Part shown: piece after piece, positions 61,801-64,000 of the stretch
Layout of the letters: the number at the start of each line of letters is the position of its first letter
Numbering within the stretch: position 1 is the stretch's first letter
Source of the DNA: Iphione sp. A-MEVVRFRX5
Taxonomy: Eukaryota
Length of the DNA stretch: 64,000 nucleotides
Direction: 5' to 3'
Assembly (NCBI GenBank): GCA_976226885.1
Contig: OZ320316.1
Coordinates: 76,942,001-77,006,000, forward strand
Made by a program: the position numbers and the translations under genes
The notes under the pieces: model-generated
Told to the model about the DNA's origin: nothing
What the model saw: the letters and a program-made list of their open reading frames with translations, nothing else
Databases searched by the model: none

Positions 61801-64000
61801 CTTCAGGATTCCTTTCTCCACTGCACTCTTTGACGTCTCCCACTGTCCTGTTTGGCGATTCAGAACAGAGATGATGCCAGACAATCTTGAGTCTGGTGCA
61901 CCAGGGAAAGCTTCAAGCGTTACCACCGTCTCCTCAGTGATAACATATCCCTTCTCAATGGCAGAGAAGATGGACATGGCTTCCCCTGTATGTGGATTGA
62001 TGTAATCTCCTGTATTGGCATCAATTATGCCTCTGTCAATTGCTTCTTCTCGGGAGAGTTCTTTCCCAGTTACTGGATCGACAACCTTCTGAATTTTATC
62101 CATTTCATTTTGAGCCCTACTGCCGCCTATGATGAATTCTTCCTTGGTACGTACAGTGTCAATCACACGGCCCTTGATGAGATTTTCTTCGTATGCCTGG
62201 CCGATGGAAATGGAGTCACCAGTCTCTCTATTTTGATACATGCTCCGGTCTTTGCTGATGATACCGTCGGCAATAGCTCGGTCAAGGTGTGCCTTCTTTC
62301 CAGTGACGGGATGTATGACAGCCTCGACGGCCAACTTGATCTTCTCACGAATGATGACTTTCCTGAGGACTGGGGCATCACTGCCCGGAACCTCGGCCAC
62401 TACCCCTTCACGGAGAGCCTCACGCAAGGGCCTCATCCTGTTGGAGACAGGGTCCACATAGCGGCCAGTAGGTCCCATTATGCCATGTTGTACAGCAGTG
62501 AGAAGGTCTGTTGGTTCGCCACCATTAGGATCGTGCACCTCTGCAGATTTAGAGTCCAGGACACCTTTCTCTAGCGCCTGCTTCAACGTCATGCTCTGGT
62601 CTGTCTGTGGGTCAACAAAGGTTCCCTTTTCCGTATCGACTAGACCCTGGCGAATGGCCCTCATCAGCGAGAGGCCTTTCTTTTGATCTACCCTTGACGT
62701 TGTCTCCTGAACACGTGTGAATTCCAGGATGTCTCTATCTGGAGCATCTGAGGCAAGGTCGTCACTAGAGAGCAGTCGCTCACTGGATCTGGACCGAGAG
62801 CGTTCACGTCTTCCCTTCTTAATGGCCTCCTTTACTGCCAATCCTGCCATGACGGGAGCACCAATCAAGGCAAGAAGGCCAAGTTTGGCCGCCTTTTGGA
62901 TTGTCATCTTCCGACCAGTACTGTGCTGGATGAATTGGCCGGTTTTGGGATCCATTCTGCCTTCTCTAATCGCTTGTTCTAGTGACATCATCGTGAACGT
63001 TTCTGTGTCGTACAAAATAGACTCCTTATCGATAAACCCTTTATCCATGGCTTCCTGTAGGCTCATCTTTCGTCCTGTATTCGGATCAGTAAATACTCCC
63101 GTGTTTTCATCAAAGTAGCCTTTGGTGATAGCCTCTGTCAGCGCCATACTGGGTTGGGAGCTGTCTGTTTCTTCTGCTAACGCATCGATCATGTCTTGCC
63201 GGATAGCGTCGGTGATTGGCATATGGGTGCCTGTAGTCGGGTCTAGATAGGTGCCGCGTTTGATATCGATGAAACCCTTTTCCACCGCTTCAGAGAACGA
63301 CATGCTATGATGCTGTGAGGACCTTTTCTCGAGTGTTGTCTCTTCAGTAGTTATTACGCTCAGACCACCAGCAGGGAGTACAACGTAGCCTTTTCGGATC
63401 GCTGCATCAAGCGGCATAAGTACCCCTGTTATTGGCTCCATGAAGGTGTTCTGGCGAACATCAATGAGTCCCTCGGCGAGAGCATCTTCGAACCGCATAC
63501 CGTCGACGCCCTCCTCTGGTTGCTCTTCCACTTCAGGTGCTATGATGAAGCCATACTGTATAGCATCCAATAGAGTCATTACCTCGCCGGTGTAGCGGTC
63601 CGTGAATGTACCCGTCTTGGCATCGATCAAACCATCAGTGAGGGCCTCATTGAAGGTAACAGCTTTGGTGGGTTTTGGCTCGGTCTTCACAGTAACTGTG
63701 GGTTTCTCTTCAACAAGATAGTCTTCTCGTGACTCAAGTAGCCCGAGTTGCACGGCACGTCTGATGTCCATAGTTTCACCTGTTCGTGGGTTGGTGTACA
63801 TGCCAGTTCTTACGTCTATGTAGCCTTTCTCAATGGCCTCCTGAACACCCATTGTGTCTTTCCCTTTGATACCGTGCTCGGGAACCAGTCCCTCCAGACA
63901 AAACTCACTGAAGCTCATCAGCTTCCCTGTTGCAGTGTTTCGTACGTCGCCTGTGTTGGGATCAAGGATTCCCATCCGCATAGCATCAGTAAGGGTCAGG
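914..64000 (-). CDS. MACF1: Spectraplakin gene, 3' part (multi-exon, 5'-truncated by window): plakin-repeat giant exons, spectrin rod, 2 EF-hands, GAR, GSR/SxIP tail
   Basis: 49 exons join in one frame with GT(GC)-AG introns. Hallmarks: [84 protein letters not shown]. Symbol means co-ortholog of MACF1/DST (fly shot, worm vab-10). Confidence 0.97.
1782..1867 (+). repeat. (GA)n microsatellite grading into (GAGACA)n
   Basis: Read directly; lies in last intron. Confidence 0.97.
2120..2267 (-). CDS. MACF1: Tail exon ([13 protein letters not shown]...GIHSP)
   Basis: Not in ORF track; CTCTTCCAG|ATA ... G|GTAAGG; 148 nt, phase 0-1. Confidence 0.85.
2855..2887 (-). CDS. MACF1: 33-nt microexon encoding [11 protein letters not shown] (SxIP motif), probable cassette
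   Basis: TGCGTGCTCTCTCTGTCCAG|TCA ... AAG|GTAAGG; phase 0-0, no stop. Confidence 0.75.
3348..3538 (-). CDS. MACF1: Post-GAR exon ([15 protein letters not shown]...GPITK)
   Basis: CTTTACAG|CC ... AAG|GTGAGA; 191 nt, phase 1-0. Confidence 0.95.
4568..4627 (-). CDS. Candidate 60-nt basic cassette exon after GAR ([20 protein letters not shown])
   Basis: About 40-nt pyrimidine tract, CCTGAAAG|TT ... T|GTAGGT; phase 1-1. Confidence 0.45.
4868..4891 (-). CDS. Candidate 24-nt microexon after GAR (EHRHFLLT)
   Basis: TTTCTTGAAGCAG|AA ... A|GTAAGT; phase 1-1. Confidence 0.35.
5510..5632 (-). CDS. Candidate cassette exon after GAR (123 nt; 27 nt if inner donor after 5606 is used)
   Basis: Long C/T tract, GACGCAG|AG; phase-1 donors G|GTAACG and G|GTGAGA; open frame [14 protein letters not shown]...QIAAA. 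Confidence 0.45.
6901..7018 (-). CDS. MACF1: GAR domain exon 2, DPC Zn ligands
   Basis: TGTGTAG|TTC ... AGAG|GTGAGT; [39 protein letters not shown]; phase 0-1. Confidence 0.98.
7487..7603 (-). CDS. MACF1: GAR (GAS2) domain exon 1, CxC Zn ligands
   Basis: CATACAG|AAG ... CGA|GTAAGT; [31 protein letters not shown]; 117 nt. Confidence 0.95.
7896..8008 (-). CDS. MACF1: EF-hand 2 exon
   Basis: Not in ORF track; CTCTATAG|AG ... CAG|GTAGGA; [38 protein letters not shown]; phase 1-0. Confidence 0.96.
9509..9532 (-). CDS. Candidate 24-nt microexon between EF-hands (TETMGKSH)
   Basis: GATTTCAG|CT ... ATG|GTAAGT; phase 1-1. Confidence 0.3.
9862..10024 (-). CDS. MACF1: EF-hand 1 exon
   Basis: TGTCGCAG|TCG ... 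A|GTAAGT; 163 nt, phase 0-1; loop [12 protein letters not shown]. Confidence 0.96.
10235..10376 (-). CDS. MACF1: Exon ending the rod ([36 protein letters not shown])
   Basis: TGCGCAG|G ... GAG|GTACAT; 142 nt, phase 2-0; resembles MACF1 [26 protein letters not shown]. Confidence 0.93.
10724..10857 (-). CDS. MACF1: Last spectrin repeat / linker exon ([18 protein letters not shown]...RRP)
   Basis: Not in ORF track; CTTTACAG|ACA ... TC|GTAAGT; 134 nt, phase 0-2. Confidence 0.9.
10970..11088. mobile_element. MITE-like palindromic element, about 45-bp imperfect terminal inverted repeats
   Basis: Left CTTTGTACCAGGATAAGGACACAGGTGTCTCACTGAGATACAGCC pairs with right GGTTGTATCTCAGGTAGACACCTTGTGTCCTGTCCTGGTACTAAAG; no clear TSD. 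Confidence 0.65.
11150..11338 (-). CDS. MACF1: Spectrin-rod exon (VTAWAR...HDHQ)
   Basis: CTCTTTCAG|GTA ... CAG|GTGCGC; 189 nt, phase 0-0. Confidence 0.92.
11571..11714 (-). CDS. MACF1: Spectrin-rod exon (AFLGDL...RWEE)
   Basis: GATAAAG|GCA ... GAG|GTGAGT; 144 nt; [22 protein letters not shown]. Confidence 0.93.
12308..12791 (-). CDS. MACF1: Spectrin-rod exon ([15 protein letters not shown]...EEHK)
   Basis: TTTTATAG|A ... AAG|GTAAAG; 484 nt, phase 2-0; PVHGDLDTV. Confidence 0.95.
13082..13368 (-). CDS. MACF1: Spectrin-rod exon (FHDAWR...KSVD)
   Basis: CTTCCACAG|TTC ... AG|GTGAGC; 287 nt, phase 0-2. Confidence 0.94.
13649..14011 (-). CDS. MACF1: Spectrin-rod exon (AKLEEA...EAKQ)
   Basis: GGTTAG|GCC ... 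CAG|GTGAGC; 363 nt; [39 protein letters not shown]. Confidence 0.94.
14381..14551 (-). CDS. MACF1: Spectrin-rod exon (EVYNEL...ADRK)
   Basis: ATTTCAG|GAG ... AAG|GTAAAG; 171 nt, phase 0-0. Confidence 0.92.
14709..14837 (-). CDS. MACF1: Spectrin-rod exon (AKSFHD...ERFM)
   Basis: CTTTTCAG|GCA ... ATG|GTAAGT; 129 nt; [14 protein letters not shown]. Confidence 0.94.
15051..15248 (-). CDS. MACF1: Spectrin-rod exon (ILMNDI...SLRE)
   Basis: TGTTCCAG|ATC ... GAG|GTAAGC; 198 nt, phase 0-0. Confidence 0.93.
15575..15730 (-). CDS. MACF1: Spectrin-rod exon (TKLQSA...AKHR)
   Basis: CATTGCAG|ACC ... AGG|GTAAGT; 156 nt; [18 protein letters not shown]...[13 protein letters not shown]. Confidence 0.94.
15863..16058. 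mobile_element. Second, longer copy of the palindromic family with an internal 47-bp stem
   Basis: Shares GTATCTCAGGTAGACACCTTG(T/C)GTCC(T/A)GTCCTGGTACTAAAG with the first copy; arms 15899-15945 and 15975-16021 differ at 3 of 47 positions. Confidence 0.7.
17380..17652 (-). CDS. MACF1: Spectrin-rod exon (KILVWL...SDRK)
   Basis: CTTCCTGCAG|AAA ... AAG|GTACTC; 273 nt, phase 0-0. Confidence 0.92.
17917..18141 (-). CDS. MACF1: Spectrin-rod exon (ALREDM...EELM)
   Basis: TGTGCAG|GCT ... ATG|GTAAGT; 225 nt, phase 0-0. Confidence 0.93.
18506..18732 (-). CDS. MACF1: Spectrin-rod exon (ELRDKV...DALE)
   Basis: CCTGACAG|AG ... GAG|GTAGGA; 227 nt, phase 1-0. Confidence 0.9.
18927..19079 (+). repeat. About 150-bp polypurine low-complexity tract
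   Basis: Almost exclusively G/A on the plus strand. Confidence 0.9.
19100..19325 (-). CDS. MACF1: Spectrin-rod exon (FSDKLE...EAAK)
   Basis: TGTGCAG|TTC ... AAAG|GTGATA; 226 nt, phase 0-1. Confidence 0.9.
19652..19858 (-). CDS. MACF1: Spectrin-rod exon (LLKQSI...QTSE)
   Basis: ATTCCAG|TTG ... GAG|GTGACT; 207 nt, phase 0-0. Confidence 0.92.
20164..20490 (-). CDS. MACF1: Spectrin-rod exon (TINDDI...DAIK)
   Basis: CATGTAG|ACA ... AAG|GTGAGC; 327 nt, phase 0-0. Confidence 0.92.
21001..21042 (-). CDS. Candidate 42-nt cassette exon ([14 protein letters not shown])
   Basis: Two CTAAC motifs upstream, GAACAG|GCC ... GCG|GTGAGC; phase 0-0. Confidence 0.4.
21570..21689 (-). CDS. MACF1: Spectrin-rod exon (LIHDID...RDHK)
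   Basis: GTTGCAG|CTC ... AAG|GTGAGT; 120 nt, phase 0-0. Confidence 0.92.
22356..22367 (-). CDS. Candidate 12-nt microexon (TYDV)
   Basis: CTGTCTCTGGACCGCTCCATATCAG|ACGTATGACGTT|GTAAGT; phase 0-0. Confidence 0.4.
22892..23098 (-). CDS. MACF1: Spectrin-rod exon (KLQEHL...KSVE)
   Basis: TTTATACAG|AAA ... GAG|GTGAGC; 207 nt, phase 0-0. Confidence 0.92.
23320..23955 (-). CDS. MACF1: Spectrin-rod exon (FLQRML...KEVE)
   Basis: CTCATCAG|TTC ... GAG|GTAGGT; 636 nt, phase 0-0. Confidence 0.93.
24231..24563 (-). CDS. MACF1: Spectrin-rod exon (RFCKEE...QEQK)
   Basis: CTTACAG|CGG ... AAG|GTGAGT; 333 nt; MACF1-like [41 protein letters not shown]. Confidence 0.95.
24947..25159 (-). CDS. MACF1: Spectrin-rod exon (VDTLWK...EDFK)
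   Basis: TTTATAG|GTA ... AAG|GTAAGG; 213 nt, phase 0-0. Confidence 0.9.
25651..25764 (-). CDS. MACF1: Spectrin-rod exon (SYKNSL...ALDQ)
   Basis: Not in ORF track; TTTCATTTCAG|TCA ... CAG|GTGAGG; 114 nt, phase 0-0. Confidence 0.88.
25968..26081 (-). CDS. MACF1: Spectrin-rod exon (SDLRAV...EDIQ)
   Basis: Not in ORF track; TGTCTAG|TCT ... CAG|GTAGGC; 114 nt, phase 0-0. Confidence 0.87.
26263..26478 (-). CDS. MACF1: Spectrin-rod exon (AMQEEL...SQFQ)
   Basis: AACTAG|GCC ... CAG|GTGCGC; 216 nt, phase 0-0. Confidence 0.9.
26711..26880 (-). CDS. MACF1: Spectrin-rod exon (GVLDRV...DKVK)
   Basis: TTCTACAG|GC ... AAG|GTGAAT; 170 nt, phase 1-0. Confidence 0.9.
27245..27395 (-). CDS. MACF1: Spectrin-rod exon (GMQTEL...RLNA)
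   Basis: CCTTCAG|GGC ... GCAG|GTATGG; 151 nt, phase 0-1. Confidence 0.9.
27754..28083 (-). CDS. MACF1: Spectrin-rod exon (ALQNEI...KEAQ)
   Basis: CTTAAAG|GCT ... CAG|GTAGGA; 330 nt, phase 0-0. Confidence 0.9.
28395..28561 (-). CDS. MACF1: Spectrin-rod exon (DDRRHQL...RDSE)
   Basis: TTTGTAG|AT ... GAG|GTCCGT; 167 nt, phase 1-0. Confidence 0.88.
28818..29313 (-). CDS. MACF1: Spectrin-rod exon (LLQEEM...RKKL)
   Basis: CTTCTTCAG|CTT ... CTAG|GTGAGA; 496 nt, phase 0-1. Confidence 0.92.
29597..29796 (-). CDS. MACF1: Spectrin-rod exon (EKRWKS...QQVQ)
   Basis: TTGCAG|AG ... CAG|GTAAGT; 200 nt, phase 1-0. Confidence 0.92.
30060..30189 (-). CDS. MACF1: Spectrin-rod exon ([11 protein letters not shown]...LKQL)
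   Basis: Not in ORF track; GAATAG|GCA ... G|GTATGT; 130 nt, phase 0-1. Confidence 0.88.
30560..30798 (-). CDS. MACF1: Spectrin-rod exon (DMSEVQQQL...LKDYQ), GC donor
   Basis: CTCTAG|AT ... CAG|GCATGC; 239 nt, phase 1-0 required by next exon. Confidence 0.8.
31531..31695 (-). CDS. MACF1: Ser/Thr-rich insert exon within spectrin repeat (probable cassette)
   Basis: CTAAC branch-like motif, GTTTCAG|AG ... GATG|GTTAGT; 165 nt, phase 1-1; [20 protein letters not shown]9[10 protein letters not shown]. Confidence 0.75.
31610..31636 (-). repeat. Coding (ACC)n triplet repeat, poly-Thr x9
   Basis: ACC ACT (ACC)7 inside exon 31531-31695. Confidence 0.9.
32515..32629 (-). CDS. MACF1: Spectrin-rod exon ([38 protein letters not shown])
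   Basis: Not in ORF track; GGCAG|CCG ... AGAA|GTAGGT, phase 0-1; alternative phase-1 donor G|GTGAGG after 32545. Confidence 0.85.
32890..34287 (-). CDS. MACF1: Large spectrin-rod exon (AFLDDV...EEIQ), about 4 repeats
   Basis: CTCTCACCTAG|GCA ... CAG|GTAATC; 1,398 nt, phase 0-0; repeated spectrin helix-A Trp. Confidence 0.93.
34679..34701 (+). repeat. Short imperfect (TG)n microsatellite
   Basis: gtgtgtgtatgtgtgtgtgtgtg. Confidence 0.8.
35089..35271 (-). CDS. MACF1: Spectrin-rod exon (LLGESE...DQHK)
   Basis: TTTTACAG|TTG ... AAG|GTGAGA; 183 nt, phase 0-0. Confidence 0.9.
35495..35650 (-). CDS. MACF1: Spectrin-rod exon (ALYSEI...KLES)
   Basis: GGCAG|GCT ... TCG|GTTTGT (weaker donor); 156 nt, phase 0-0. 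Confidence 0.8.
35843..35989 (-). CDS. MACF1: Spectrin-rod exon (VKLDEL...DDQK)
   Basis: TTATTAG|GTT ... AAG|GTACGC; 147 nt, phase 0-0. Confidence 0.85.
36872..36937 (+). repeat. 33-bp tandem duplication (2 copies), intronic
   Basis: GCTAGTTCCCTCTTTCAGGGGTCTTAGCAAAAC followed by GCTAGTTCCCTCTTTTAGGGGTCTTAGCCAAAC. Confidence 0.9.
39069..58580 (-). CDS. MACF1: Giant exon B (19,512 nt, 6,504 aa): dozens of plakin-like repeat units
   Basis: Uninterrupted 6,570-aa ORF; acceptor TTTGCATTACAG|GAA (ELEQ), donor CGCCAG|GTAACG; phase 0-0. Confidence 0.9.
42330..43802 (-). repeat. Coding tandem array, 306-bp (102-aa) unit, about 5 near-identical copies (fifth diverges in its second half)
   Basis: Equivalent positions at 42570, 42876, 43182, 43488, 43794; unit [41 protein letters not shown]...EEEEPKRP. 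Confidence 0.95.
58825..63999 (-). CDS. MACF1: Giant exon A (partial, >=1,725 aa): plakin-like repeats and low-complexity linkers
   Basis: Frame open to window edge ([14 protein letters not shown]...); repeated DPxTG / EAIxxGLID motifs; donor GAGAGG|GTAAGA, phase 0. Confidence 0.9.

Noticed and set aside
39180-62717. Many 60-210-aa plus-strand ORFs over the giant exons
   Set aside because: Complement of the repeat codon pattern (Ser/Pro/Val-rich); no independent gene structure

Overview
Eukaryotic (probably invertebrate bilaterian) genomic DNA, occupied almost entirely by the 3' part of one minus-strand spectraplakin gene (MACF1/dystonin/Shot/VAB-10 family). I traced 49 frame-consistent exons by hand. 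Two giant phase-0 exons (>=5,175 nt running off the window edge, and 19,512 nt) encode >=8,229 aa of plakin/plectin-like repeats. They are followed by 47 smaller exons (11,064 nt, 3,687 aa plus stop) encoding the spectrin-repeat rod, two EF-hands, the Zn-binding GAR domain and a Ser/Arg-rich tail with SxIP motifs, ending at TGA 914-916. That is about 11,900 aa in this window alone; the actin-binding and plakin domains lie beyond 64000. Notable points: the 19.5-kb exon with a recent 306-bp tandem expansion; two repeat architectures built on a ~27-aa module; a 33-nt microexon encoding an extra SxIP motif; several frame-preserving candidate cassette exons; a GC-AG intron; and a small palindromic MITE-like family. 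Splice sites were inferred from GT/AG signals, phase continuity and recalled homology, with no RNA evidence. The species cannot be determined from the sequence.
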